A stretch of 63,529 bases of DNA, counting the filler, from Asterionella formosa (lineage: Eukaryota), in assembly GCA_002256025.1 (NCBI GenBank). It is 23 parts of 23 records of this genome, joined end to end, with 100 filler letters (N's around TTAATTAATTAA, not from the genome) between each part and the next. Parts side by side here need not be neighbours in the genome. Positions count along the whole stretch, not along the records: positions 5,099 to 31,309 come from NKIB01001800.1; 22 more parts are not named here. The stretch is one strand, 5' to 3'. The translations under genes were made by a program, and so were the position numbers. The notes beneath the pieces were generated by a model. That model did no database searches, was not told the DNA's origin, and saw nothing but the letters and a program-made list of their open reading frames with translations. Each line of letters starts with the position of its first letter. Positions within the stretch are counted from its first letter, which is position 1. Of the stretch, positions 13,101-26,300 are shown in pieces.

Positions 13101-13600
13101 GATTACAAACAACAGTTCTGTGTGTCAGCTTTCTCGAGAAGGAGCACGCAAGTCTATTATTTCAAATAGCTGAACATTTTCCGCCTATTTGAACGACTTA
13201 CCCAGCTAAAAGGCCCTTCAACAGGCAACGGAGGAGGCACCAAGTTCGGCAAGCGATGTCGTCTCGGTGAAATAAACAAAGGAGAAGTTTTCTGGTTGTG
13301 GTAGAAGCAACTGAGGAAAATCAAACCAGTGCACGTCATGATGACAAACAACATAGTCAAGGTAGCAAATGACATGCTGGTTTCTCGAAAGGCGTCCACG
13401 TCCTCCACATAGTCGGGAAGAATCGAAAGTCTTCTGTGATCAGAAGCCACTTCAGAAATGAAATCGTCTTGACGGTCCTCAACTGGCCCCAACAAAATCA
13501 CAATGATTGGCTCAATGGTACTCAAGAATACCTTTACGCGCCAGTTATGGACTGCAACTATCCATTGAGGGATCGCCAGGTTAGTGGAATTGGCGACACA
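10198..13600 (-). CDS. OSCA/TMEM63/ERD4 (CSC1-like) mechano/osmo-gated Ca2+-permeable channel, multi-exon, 5' end in N gap
   Basis: GYDSLIFLRF, VLLPLN, FTMANV, RLWVH, TVLVTNIP, APEPRDILWENI, YFLFQVLNVFLV, LPRMSSFFITFV, HLYVY..FETGGQFWP. Spliced ORFs 13157-13525, 12282-13112, 10198-12231. Confidence 0.95.
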
Positions 13601-15295
13601 NNNNNNNNNNNNNNNNNNNNNNNNNNNNNNNNNNNNNNNNNNNNNNNNNNNNNNNNNNNNNNNNNNNNNNNNNNNNNNNNNNNNNNNNNNNNNNNNNNNN
13701 NNNNNNNNNNNNNNNNNNNNNNNNNNNNNNNNNNNNNNNNNNNNNNNNNNNNNNNNNNNNNNNNNNNNNNNNNNNNNNNNNNNNNNNNNNNNNNNNNNNN
13801 NNNNNNNNNNNNNNNNNNNNNNNNNNNNNNNNNNNNNNNNNNNNNNNNNNNNNNNNNNNNNNNNNNNNNNNNNNNNNNNNNNNNNNNNNNNNNNNNNNNN
13901 NNNNNNNNNNNNNNNNNNNNNNNNNNNNNNNNNNNNNNNNNNNNNNNNNNNNNNNNNNNNNNNNNNNNNNNNNNNNNNNNNNNNNNNNNNNNNNNNNNNN
14001 NNNNNNNNNNNNNNNNNNNNNNNNNNNNNNNNNNNNNNNNNNNNNNNNNNNNNNNNNNNNNNNNNNNNNNNNNNNNNNNNNNNNNNNNNNNNNNNNNNNN
14101 NNNNNNNNNNNNNNNNNNNNNNNNNNNNNNNNNNNNNNNNNNNNNNNNNNNNNNNNNNNNNNNNNNNNNNNNNNNNNNNNNNNNNNNNNNNNNNNNNNNN
14201 NNNNNNNNNNNNNNNNNNNNNNNNNNNNNNNNNNNNNNNNATCTGATTATTTGTTTATCTTCCTCCTAAGTTTGCTTTGCGAGTTTTTCTGCTGCAGTGG
14301 TTCCATATTTCTCCAAATTTTCCTGATAGACTGCATTTCGGATTGCCAATGGTATGTGTGCAGTTATGAATACTATTCCGTTTATTTCTAGTGTAGCCAT
14401 GTGACCTGGTGGTAACTGATATCTGGAATGTGAGATTTACAGGAGATACATCCTCGAACTTTGGATGCTAGGACATTGCTGTTGCAATTCATCATTGCGC
14501 CCCATGGTAAGTCCTGATTCTACTTGGTGGGCCTTCATGTATTTGGGTACTATATTTAATCGAAGCAAACTCTGTTGCTAAATTCATTGCTGCCTGAAGG
14601 AGATTGTGGTTGGTTTGAAGTGAATCGGATGGGCCTGAGAATTTCCATTTTGTAAGCCGAGACATAAATGCCATGTTGTCAATCAGTACGGGTAGCTGAA
14701 CTGGCTGTAGTAGTTCTCCTGATGAGGGTGTAGATGCCATTCAGGATGCAGTCACTATGATTCCTATCAGGAAACCACGAGTTAACTCTACATTGGTACC
14801 AGGTATTCAGTACCGTTTACCTGGGAGTTGTGGTAAAAGATGGTTTTTGCTTACAGGAAAACCAAGCTAAAATTCCTATTTACCGCAACATGCTGGTACC
14901 TGGTACGAGGTAGTACCTTGTAGTCCATGGTATGATGGATTCATATGAATATGAAATATATTGAGCTATGTAGAGAAGCAAGTTTCAACCAATGCATGTG
15001 TGTTCGTGAATGAACAAAAGGCGAGTAAAATATAAGATGACTTTGACTGGAGGCTAAATAATCTGTATTACGGTATCGCAAGCCGTCTATGATTATTGTA
15101 CGATATATACCAGGATTCCGGTAATAAAAACGAGGAAAAAAGACTGAGATAAAACAATAGTTCAGCCATGGTGCCATTTTCATCAGCTTGATGGTTGTTA
15201 ATATTAACTGTAATATCCTCAACTGTTGAACTCCTGAGAGCGCCGTGCAATCACGATCTCACCAAAACACCGCAAATCATTTTCGATAGTTAGCA

Positions 15296-18200
15296 ATGTC
15301 TCAACACAGCAGATCCTGCGACAATACCCTGCTCCGTCGAAGTCTGTCTCCGCTGCGTATTGAACCTCGCAGGTTGTCAAAAAGCAGCTTCATGAATCGA
15401 TTCAGTGCCGCCGGAAAGCTTTCTAATCAAAAGACAACAGTTGCAGTCATCCTTGACGAGAATGAAGTCGGAACCATTTCGATCAAACCCAGCTATTTGG
15501 TGACGCAAGTCCGCAAGAAAGTGGACCAAAAAATGAGGGGCATCGCCACTAATTATCGATTCATTTACGCCGACGAAACGATGGTTTCTCTGGAGAACGA
15601 ATCTAATACGAGGATCGAGTCTTGGTGAGTTATTGCATCCTTGCATTATGTTATGTGCTGCTGATTCTTCAACCACTTACTAACAGATCCCTTCAGCATG
15701 CCATCGCCCATGATGCTCAAGATTCTCACACCATCACATATAACATCGCATATCAATTCTTTAGATATGAACATTTACGAAGATCGTCTGCAGAACATTT
15801 CGTCAGAAGCGGAAGCTGTGGTTAGGTGCTGCTTCCGTATCATTGAAAACTTTGGAAACATGTCGACGAAAGTCAACACCAACAGCGATATCCCCAACCA
15901 TTCTGAAATCATTGTACAGTTTGTCAAGGATGTGGCAAGGGCCACACTAGATGCCACTGGAACCTCCGAAGTGCACTGGTCATTGATCGAGAAGAATTTA
16001 CGAGAGCTTGAAATCATCATGATATCATTTTCCAAGCGGCCAAAGGTTGCATTACTTTGGTCCTTCCGGACAGATCAGAAATTAATCAAGGAGAGTATCG
16101 CTTCAATTCAACAAGAGTTATATGAATGTCCGAATGTAAATCGGGATCATGCTGTCTATTTTGTCCGATTCAAGAATATGAGTCCTGAGACTATCAATCT
16201 GTTGGACATTATCGCGAAACTAACGATTGATTCGTTGCTCCACCCAAAGCAAGAAGTAACACGGAAGAAGATTGCAGAATTCTTGAACATGTCTGACAGC
16301 AACGTGAAGGCAGAAATCGAAAACGAGAAGGGACTGGCACTATTTGGAGTGAGTACTGAAAGTAAGGTCTCATTCCGTGATCGTTCATCTCTCGTTCAGC
16401 TCGTTAAGAACAGCGAATCAACAGACGCTCTCGCAGAAGAAATTTGCCTCAAAGATATTCTTGCTCCTCTCTTTGAGCAACAATCTAGAATCATAAGGCA
16501 TGAAGCCCTCCTCTTCAACGAGGAAACCCGTAAGTGGGCGGTGAAGGCGTTCGACTATTGGATGCAATCACCGGATAGTCCACACGAAGCATTTATGTTC
16601 GCCTCTCCTCCAGGTGGGGGCAAGACTACTTTTGTCAGTTATCTCGCGGAAACTCGCTCAGATCTTGTTGTTGGTATTCATCTCTGTCGCCATGATGACG
16701 TTCGCTATCGCGATGCCAAGATTATGCTTCTCAGCTTGACTTATCAATTAACGTTACAGTCACCTCATTACGAGAGTCGAATCCGGAGCTTAATTATCGA
16801 GAATAACCTGACCCGTAAGAGATTATTGGGTAGCAAGTGTTCTATCGCCATGATTTTCAATGAGTTCTTCGAAAACCCTTTGGCTGAGATTCCGATTCCT
16901 GACACAGAGCGATATTGTTTGATCATTGATGGCCTGGATGAGGCAAGTCAAGGAGAGTCTGGAAGAAACGAAATTCTTGAGACCATTCGAGACTATTTCC
17001 TCCGACTTCCTTCTTGGTTATTGGTAGCCCTGACGACAACACCTCGATTGCCTATTCTCAAACAGCTTCGAAAATTTAATGCTGTAATGATTGAGCCCCA
17101 GAGTATCCACAACCTCGAGGACCTAGAGAACCATTTCATTTCAATTCTCCAAAATTACAACTATGGCTGTGAAAACGATCGTGTGTCGCAATCACACGCT
17201 TTGGCGAGCCTCGCGAAAGGAAACTTCCTCCACGGTTTCCTTATTGCGGACAAAATTGAGATGTACCATCGTGTCGATGATAACAAGCTGAACGAGTACC
17301 TCAAACTTCCCTTTGAAGCTTTGCTCGAACGAGATCTTCATCAACTACCAGCTAAAAACGTTGATCTCTTCTGGCAAGTTGTGAAGCTTTCGATGGTTGC
17401 TGTAAAGCCACTCGATTGTGTCGTTATTGTTGGACTGACACAATGCACAGCAGAAAATCTTGATAGCGTGCTCATGCAAACCCACTCATTCTTTCACGTA
17501 ATTCACAAAAAAGTTCGATTCCTTCACAAACTTGTCAAGAATTTCTTACTCCAAAAACTCAGCAAATGCGATACAGCCTCTGCCATACCCCGGCCGCGAA
17601 AACCTAGACTACGAAGCTATTGTGGTTCATCCCTAAAGGATATTTTGAGTGGAGCACATGAAAGTGTTTCAGAGGAGCTTGCCAAATGTCATCGATTTTT
17701 TGCATCTTGTGTACTTGAGTTACTGCGGGACAATGGTGTAGGAGATGGCCGATATCACTTAAAAAACGAGACTACAAAAGAATATCTGCTAAAATATGGC
17801 GTTCACCATCTGGCTTTGGCTCACATGAATAATGAAGCCCGCAAAATGATTCTTGACCCAGGTTTTCTGCTTGCCAGAGCCAACGACGCCGCCGGCATTG
17901 CGGAATGCTGTGAATTGCTTTCGGAAGGTGACCACTTACTTCAGTTGGTTGGTAGAGCAGTTACATTGTCCCTGGATGCGATTGCCGGCGATTCTCGTCA
18001 GTTGATCGGACAGCTAGTCGGTCGTCTCATGGCGGCTGCTGCCCCTGGGCATGGTGACCCTATTGGTCGAAAACAAGTGTCCAAGTTCATTGACGAACTT
18101 AAGAACTACGACTATGGTTTCCAATGGTGGATGCCTTTGGCTCCAACGTGGGATCAGGCCGAACAAGCTTTCCTTAAAAGATTGACTGGTCATGAAGCTG

Positions 18201-20622
18201 CTGTTCAAGGCGTAGCATGGCATCCGGAAGGTAGGCTCTGCGCCTCTGCATCGTGGGATCACACCATTTGTGTGTTTGACACATTGACCGGTAATTGTAT
18301 CCAAACAATGACAGGTCATGACAACCAAGTCTATGCCGTGGATTGGGATCCAAGTGGAACAACAATCGCTTCTGGTAGTCTTGACTGTACCATCAAAATT
18401 TGGAACTTCGAAACATCGGAGGTCGAAACCACCTTTACTGGTCATCTTGATGCTGTTTTTGCTGTTGCGTTCTCAAAGGACGGGATAAACTTGGCTAGTG
18501 GCTCGAAAGACAAGTCCATACGTATCTGGAGCGGGGAAACAGGCGATTGCATTCAAACATTACTAGGTCATGCTGGTGCTGTATACTGCGTATCTTGGCG
18601 AGGCGGCGGGGATCACACTCGACTTTGTTCGGGTGGTACAGACAACACAGTGCGCATTTGGGATGTGTCAACATCAGAATGCTTATCAATCTTAACGGGC
18701 CATCGTGATTGGGTCCGAAGCTGTCATTGGTGTGGGAATGGTAAGGAGATTCTTAGTGGATCTGCCGACACGACGGTACGGTTATGGGATATTGAAAGCC
18801 GCTCTTGTGAGCAAGTATTTATGGGGCATTCTCAAGGAGTTTGGTCGGTGGTAATGAGTCTCGATGGTCGCTACGCATTCTCTGGTTCAACAGATGGCAC
18901 AGTTCGAGTTTGGGATTGCAATTTAGGCCGCTGCGACCAAGTACTTGAAGGGCACAGTGGCTATCCGGTCTGGGCCATTGACATGGCACCAGATGGTAAA
19001 CGGGTGTTGTCGGGATCTTCGGATAAGGTATGGAGTTGATTTTCCCGTATTTTTTGAATTTTGTTGATTGATTTCCCATTTGGCCCTCACTCCCATCGAT
19101 TTTCTTCCAGTCGATTGTTGTCTGGGATGCCACAGTAGGTCGATCCCAAACTGTCATTGATGGCCACAGCAAAGTGATATGGTCTGTCGACGGGAGTCAA
19201 GACGGTTTGACAATTTTGACTTCGTCATCTGATAAAACTGCTAGACTTTGGAATACATTCACTGGACAGTGCGAACGAGTTTTCAGCGGTCACACTGGCC
19301 CTGTTGTAAGTGAATGTTGATGCAGATATACAATGTTTCTTATTACTTTTTCCCCCTCATGTATTGTTTTTTTCCTTTTTCAGTGGACTGTGAAACTAAG
19401 CTACGATGAACGCAAGGTTGCCACAGGATCCACCGACAATACAGCTGCCATCTACCGAATACGAACTGGGGAGCGAAGGGTCGTTTTTGTTGGCCACACG
19501 GATTCAATCTGGGACCTTGTTTGGAGTCGGGACGATCTCAAGGTATTCACTGCTTCTCGTGACTCCACTATTCGTCGATGGGACACCTGTACAGGTATTT
19601 GTGAGTTCATTTATCAAGGTCACAAGAAGGACGTCAAAGGACTTTCCCTCAGTCACAGCGGCAAACGATTGGCATCTGCGTCGACCGATGGAACTATAAG
19701 GATATGGAACCTGGAGACTGACAAACTTGACAATGTTTTGCAAAGAAAGGAAGCTGGCGCCCTCTGTGTATCATGGAACCCTGACGATTCTCACTTGGTG
19801 GCTGGTTACACGTCTGGTTGTGTTCGAGTGTGGAATAATGACACTGGTGTCCGCGTCGTTGGCTTTTTGCCGGGCCACACGGGACGAACAAACGCGGTTG
19901 ATTGGTCTCCAAATGGCACACGGATTGTCTCGGTATCTACCGACAAGGAAATTCGCATTTGGAATGTTTCTAGTCACGCATGCGAGCGCATAATTAAGGG
20001 AAGTACCGGATTGGGTGACTTTGGTGTCAAGTGGATCAACAATGCGATTGTTAGCGTGGGGGCAGATCAAACCATACGAATATTTGATCCCAATTCAGGA
20101 CGCTGCGAGACTGCCATGGCTCGTAACACCGGGCTTGGTGTTTTCGATGTTAGTTGGTCTCGTGATGGAAAATCTGTGGTGACCGGTTCTCGTGATCGAC
20201 GCGTTCAAATATGGGATGCAGAAACCGGACTTTGTCGAAAGACCCTGACCGGTCATACGAACTGGATCTATTCAGTCAACTGGGAGAAGGGAGGAAAGCG
20301 AGTCATGAGCAAGGGAGACGATAGAACGACTCGTGTTTGGGACGTGGACACAGGCGATTGTCTGGAAGTTGTTGAAGACTCCGGTCAAAATCCAGATGGC
20401 TTTGAGGTCGATTTGGTGGAAGGATGTACTGTTGATTTGTCGAAGGTGGCAGAAGAAGGCTGCCCTGTTGGCGTTCAATGCGAAAAAGTGCGGATTTATC
20501 AGGGCAGAGCATGCGGTTGGGTGGGCCAGTCGGTTTATTTTTTCAAACTTATGGGGCTGGCACCAACATCTGATGAGGTCAAAGCGAAAGATAAAGACGA
20601 TGCTGACAGTCTATCCATTTAG
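15296..20622 (+). CDS. NLR-like STAND protein: ubiquitin-like + helical-bundle (MLKL/RPW8-like) + NACHT + ~16 WD40; exons 15296-15624, 15697-19027, 19111-19305, 19384-20622 (~1697 aa)
   Basis: Walker A SPPGGGKTT, VGIHLCRHDD, Walker B LIIDGLDE, FLHKLVKNFL winged-helix motif, and GH...WD repeats. Three GT-AG introns splice in frame. Confidence 0.9.
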
Positions 20623-20952
20623 AAAATCCGCGTAAATTATCCAAACACAGTAAAGAATAACTAGGAATTATTCCGAGACACTTTGCAAATCACGAGCATA
20701 AGATAGTCATGCTACTTGCATCAATTGTTGATCATGAGCCCATTTAGCTCCTTACGACAACTGCGTATCTCATGTAATTACAGAACACTGCTGTTGAGAA
20801 AATGTCGATCCTAGCATCTCCACGAGCAGCATCTTGTGGGAGCACACTGTAAAAATTCGCACAATCTTTACAGTTCGCTTGCTTGCTTTACTAGCGGTCA
20901 CAATTCCAGACCTTCCGTTCGGTTGTAGTTTAGTGTGTACCATATCCGTTCA

Positions 20953-21753
20953 TCATACAACTTCGGAATTGCTCGTCGACAACTCGTCATCATCCCAGTC
21001 CGCACTCTCGACTTGTCGAACCCATCGTCCATCCCTCTTCATTTCAATGCCCTCCTCGTGTGGTAGGATTTCCGAATACGTCCGTCGCCACAAGCTGGCA
21101 TGCCTGGATCGCAGCAAATCCCAAATCCAGCAAAACATGCAGCTAAACGCAATGATTCCAACAACTGAATATTGCCAGTAAATAGCATTTCCACATGTGA
21201 CGGCCCCATTGATTGATCGGCAGTTTCCAATCCCACAAGGGTTGTAAACTTTTCCTTGCCCGAAGCCAATCAAGAAGTCGGTCGCTATCAGAGTGGCCTT
21301 GGCAAGCTCCAAGGCCTTGCGTTTGGTTGCTGGGAAGTATGACAATTCCACAAGGTCACAGGAAAAGGCTGAATAGCCTGGTGGGATAATCATGCCCGAG
21401 TTGATGTGGTTTTCAACGTTCCAGAAGAAGTAGCCAGCGCCCTGCCGCTCTGCGACCCAAGATTGAGACAGCTTCCACGCATACGTTTGATTCACCCTCC
21501 AATCTTCTGAAGGTGTTGATAGATAGAATCGCAGCACACCCGACTCGAGGAAATTCAGCTGATACAGCTCACCGAGGACAGTCGAGTTGGAGAGAAAGCT
21601 GCACTTGTTATCCCTGCCGCCTTTGCAGGACGAGAAATTAAACGCAGTGCCTTCATTTGTCACGGTAAGTGACGTGAAGGCTAATGTGGCGTTGTCAAGC
21701 GACCATGTGATCAGCTCTTCGCCGGGCTTGGTGCTCGTTGTGCTTTCCGCCAT
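20953..21753 (-). CDS. Hypothetical single-pass membrane protein, 266 aa
   Basis: Long ORF with an A-rich start context, several N-glycosylation sequons, a Cys cluster, one hydrophobic segment (YSVVGIIAFSCMFCWIW) and an acidic tail. Confidence 0.6.
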   Translation of the reverse strand: MAESTTSTKPGEELITWSLDNATLAFTSLTVTNEGTAFNFSSCKGGRDNKCSFLSNSTVLGELYQLNFLESGVLRFYLSTPSEDWRVNQTYAWKLSQSWVAERQGAGYFFWNVENHINSGMIIPPGYSAFSCDLVELSYFPATKRKALELAKATLIATDFLIGFGQGKVYNPCGIGNCRSINGAVTCGNAIYWQYSVVGIIAFSCMFCWIWDLLRSRHASLWRRTYSEILPHEEGIEMKRDGRWVRQVESADWDDDELSTSNSEVV

Positions 21754-22089
21754 TTTTATTGCGGCCAGCGTATTTATGCAGGTATAAATAAAGAAAATAT
21801 TTTTGTTTTGTCATCCTCTATGTGGTATATTCATATATGCAAATTGAACTTTGAAAGATTCCTGATTCCTAGTTTGGTCATGGGTGGGTGAAACTACGAA
21901 GGTTCTTGTATCTTTCATTAAGAACTTGGAATTTGTTGTCATAGCTACATTGTTTGGCAATCGAATCTTTGTGAAAATTCGTGACTTATTCATGTTCATT
22001 CTTATTGTTCCTACCTTTCTGAAATGAGGCATTATCACCAAACCAAGAAGAGGCAATGTTCTACTTGCTCTACTCATTGGACCAGACAC

Positions 22090-23301
22090 CTAGTCTCTCC
22101 CCAAAATCTTGTTGATAGCCTCTGGGAGTTGTGAGAGAAAGGATACCTTCTGATCGACATGCTCCTTTGCCAATTCGTTCATGACTCTTCGCGAATCCAA
22201 TTCAAGTTGAAGGGAAGTGGACCAGGTTGGCTGTACTTGGTTGCCCTCGAAACGTTGTCGGGCTGTCTGGCCATATTTCTCGTTCAATTCCATGTAAATA
22301 GTCTTGGCTCCACAAGCAGCAGCCCCGCCCACATCATAGGCCAAGTCATCACCAACATGAACCCAAACAGGGTTTCCCTTGGTAGGCTTGGGTGCCGAAT
22401 GTTTCGCATCTGCCGCAGCTGCCTCAATGGCAGCGGCAGTTGAAGCGAGTTCCTCGTACTTCTCATATGCAGCATTGTAAATCCAAGTGAGTTCGGCATT
22501 TCCTTCGACCTTCCCCAATTCTTTAAAAAACTGACTGCGACCACCTTGATCGTCTTCCCAGCTCATGCAGAAATCAAAGTACTTTTGCAAGGTGAAGGTC
22601 ATAAACATGGGATTTGCACGACCGTCCGTGATAGCCCCAATAATGACACCAGGATGTTCCTCTTTGATTTCCTGCAAAATGTCAATTATTTCAGGATACA
22701 AGTGTCGCTCGGCCGCATGATGACGTTCCATTTCCCACGCAATCAAAACTGCGTTGACAATAGACGGAGATACCGATGTCTTTGCCCACTTTTTGGCGTT
22801 CTTGACAATAATGTCACCCAAATCAGAAACTGGAGTCGCCCAATCATCAGCAGTTTCCTGAAGTTTGCGCTTCAACATAAATTCTTCCATTTCTCGTCGA
22901 ATGGCAAGCTCTCGAACTTGTGTGTGTGTGAGAACGGCCGCTTCCTGAGGATCCAATTCTTCGCGGATCTTCTTGCCAGTGTTTACAATGTCGATGGGAT
23001 TAATGCCGGTGTATCCGAAGCGGGCCATTGCTCTCGCGAACGCTGCGTTGGCCTCATCAAGTACGGGAGCGACTGGGAATAGTGTGTCGTCAAGATCAAA
23101 CGTAAGTAGGCCAAGAGTAGCCTTGGCCGCGGGCGTCGCAGCTGTGCCGCTCACTGTTGCACTGCTATCTGCTGCGGTGGACTTGACAGCTACTTGCTGT
23201 CGCAGCGCAAGCGCGGGTACTCTTGGCACCGCGAATGGACTGGCGAACCCGACAAGGAGAGCGAAGGATAGTGATGTTGATACTGGAACTTTCAATTGCA
23301 T
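22090..23301 (-). CDS. HAD-superfamily hydrolase (YigB/HDHD-like), predicted plastid-targeted
   Basis: Motif I LLTFDLDDTL, motif II AITDG, motif IV VHVGDDLAYDVGGA. Signal peptide with ASP|FAVP cleavage motif. Confidence 0.9.
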   Translation of the reverse strand: MQLKVPVSTSLSFALLVGFASPFAVPRVPALALRQQVAVKSTAADSSATVSGTAATPAAKATLGLLTFDLDDTLFPVAPVLDEANAAFARAMARFGYTGINPIDIVNTGKKIREELDPQEAAVLTHTQVRELAIRREMEEFMLKRKLQETADDWATPVSDLGDIIVKNAKKWAKTSVSPSIVNAVLIAWEMERHHAAERHLYPEIIDILQEIKEEHPGVIIGAITDGRANPMFMTFTLQKYFDFCMSWEDDQGGRSQFFKELGKVEGNAELTWIYNAAYEKYEELASTAAAIEAAAADAKHSAPKPTKGNPVWVHVGDDLAYDVGGAAACGAKTIYMELNEKYGQTARQRFEGNQVQPTWSTSLQLELDSRRVMNELAKEHVDQKVSFLSQLPEAINKILGRD

Positions 23302-26300
23302 GATTGGATTCAAGTTGTTGTGACTTGTTTTCGAACGATCGTGCTGATCGTAAGAGGAAGAGAACAGGCCGACAGGAGCAGAACAGAGCGATGATCACGC
23401 TCCGGTACATGCCCTTTCGTTCTTTTTGGTCAGGTAGGCAGACTACCGGTATCGTCGTGTTACGGTGCTGCAGTACCGGTTCCCTGGTACACTGCAAGTT
23501 GCGGTAATTTTGCTGAAACTAAAGATTTAGCCGTCTTTATCCCAGATTAAAATGTTAGTTTAAGCAAACTGACCGCAACTTGCTGGAAGATCCGGGAGCG
23601 CGCGTTCTCTTCGCATCTTTCAGTTTCGACGTACTCCCATTGGATCATCTCATGCCTGTCAGATGAGATTGACTGGCTTTTCATTCCAATCTCTCTTAAG
23701 TAACTTTCTTCAATGCTAAATTATCAATCATTAAATCCAAGTCGTGTTCTGATCATCGAAATCATGTTCACCTAGACTACTCCTACTGGTAATGGTATTC
23801 AGCCTGGATGACAGTTGCTTTGCTACTAATGGAATTCACCAATCAATAACTTCTAGTCATAGTCAGCAGTCAGGGGTCGCCACAACTGACCCTACCTATA
23901 AAATGAACTCGAGCAAGAACATCAATCCATAGGTGATAGGAATTGCTTGCTCTATCAATGAAACTTGCTTGAGCAAATGTGTACAACTTGCATGCCCAAT
24001 CAACAAACTCCAAGGGACCAACCTTGTTGATTTAATCTTCTGTAACAGCAACTAGTAAGACAAGAATTTTTTAAGAACATTGCAGTAGATGAACATGAAG
24101 GTTTTAAATGTATAACAAAACATCACAATTGACTTACTTAAAATCGATTTAAACTGATTGTTGAATTTATTTTGTTGTTCTCGCATTTTATTAATTCACA
24201 TACCTCCAAATGTAGAGTTGATATATTCTAAACATGCTTTTTTTTTCGTTCCATTAATTATCCGGAATTTGTGCATCACTTCCATTCCATATGTAATTTG
24301 AAAGTTCAGGATCGGTTTGTGCTTCTTTGCCTAACTGCGGTTTTAGTTGAAATAACCGGGAGACACATCGGTTAGCAAACCAATCATCATTCACATCCGA
24401 TATGCCTATGGAGTTGCAACTAGCAGAAATGGCTGGGTGTTTTATAGCCTTTTGATAATTGCAAAAAAGGGTTTAAGTGACATCCTTTTAGTAACAAAAC
24501 ATCAATAGTAAGAATGATGTATAATATTACTGCACTTACCTGTTTGCAGCAAAATTTCTTGGTTTTGAAAATATAACTAACAAAATTTAACTTTGGATAA
24601 AATCAAATTAAGTATGGGTAAAAGAGGTGATATTCAGATGTATATTTACGATATTACAAGGGTGTTTGAAATATTCAAACTTACAACTACAAATAAATAT
24701 ATAGTTGGCTAAATTTTATTGGGACTTGTGGGTAAATCTTCATTCTCATGCACGCTAGCTACTACATGAAATGAATAAATAACACAGTCACAGATAAACA
24801 GTTTATTACCGCTACAGATCAATTTACCGATACCTTGATACTTCATTGATAAAACGATAAGGAATGGTGCTGAACAGAAAGCCGAAAACCACGGTAAATC
24901 AATGGAATATGTCAGAATATTCAACTAAATGCGTGCTTTCTCTTCAATTGATTTATTGTTTACCTGAATATGTGAACTTGTGGGGAAAAAGTCGATGTGA
25001 AGAAATGACGGTCGCAGTAAGTGCTGTTGTTGGATCAATTCTAACAAGAAACACCTGGTAGAACATAAGTAACACATTCTCTTTAATCTATCATGGTAAT
25101 TGTTTATAAAGAGTATATGCAAGTTTTAATCGACAATGTGTGCAAGATTTAATTGGGGAAATATTCGAACTGAACATTGATTTGTTGCAGTTAATGACGA
25201 TACCATCGTGACTGGAACTGCCTGCTGTAATCCAAGCTAAATAAGCCTAACAAATATTTACAATATTTACTTCTCATTAGTTAATACAGTGAACAATCAA
25301 AATGGATCGATTGACACATTCTGATATGGAAAGTCAACCTGTGTGTCGGAATACATCTATTCATGGTGAGTGAAAATAGAATGGAACTGCATGGTGTTGC
25401 ATAAGAATGATATGACTAACAAGTAATTGCTTCGCATTTGTTGCAACATTAAAATGAATACCAATAATGAAGGAAGCTCTGAAACAGAGTACAAAGGAAT
25501 GGGGAGAGGCAGCCCGCCGCTATAGGGTAACATCAGTTTATCCTTCAGAATCACAGTACAAGGGAAAGGCCATAGTCAATGGGCAGTAACAGCTGTGTCA
25601 GAATCGGGATGGCAGGGAAGCAGACAAGAGAGTGCACAGTGAGACGGTTTGTGACCACTCTATTTATATAGATAGAAACAATTCTAAATTTAGTAGTTAA
25701 GTATCTATTCATTTCCACTTATTATGGACAGATGCTTTTATTACAAATACGATGTTATTAATGTGGTTATAAGATGAACAAATACACAACATAGGATGTA
25801 GCTAAGGTAAATCGATGATGGTGTTGTAAATACAATTATTAATTCATGATCATGAGAAGAGCGATTGAAATTAAAAGAGAGAAGTGACAATTTCGGCTTG
25901 AATTGTTGTTACTCAATTACTGTATTTGTGTGATTACTTGTGGTTATATTTATGAGTCAATATTGGTCAATATTATGATTATTATTTTAAGACTTTATAT
26001 CATTGCTTGATGATTGAGTATAGAAGATTTTGATCAAACTTTATAAGAAGCGTAGAGCTTATAAACATGCTGATCGAATATTCATGTGTATGTAAGTAAT
26101 TTCTTTCACACAATAACGAAATGGCTGTGCATCATGCACAGAAAAATTCTGTGCCAGGTATCGTACAATACCCCTCCTGATCTAAAAAGAACAATACTTT
26201 TTATTTGCAAACCTTCATCTATATAGGTATCCTTGCTAATTGTTAAATACAGGAAGGTCCAGTAATCAGCGATTTGTAAAAATTCCACGTAGCGGTTTCA

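Noticed and set aside
18180..20350. Possible HET-E-style near-identical hypervariable WD40 repeats
   Set aside because: The repeats are clearly diverged from one another, with no sign of concerted evolution.
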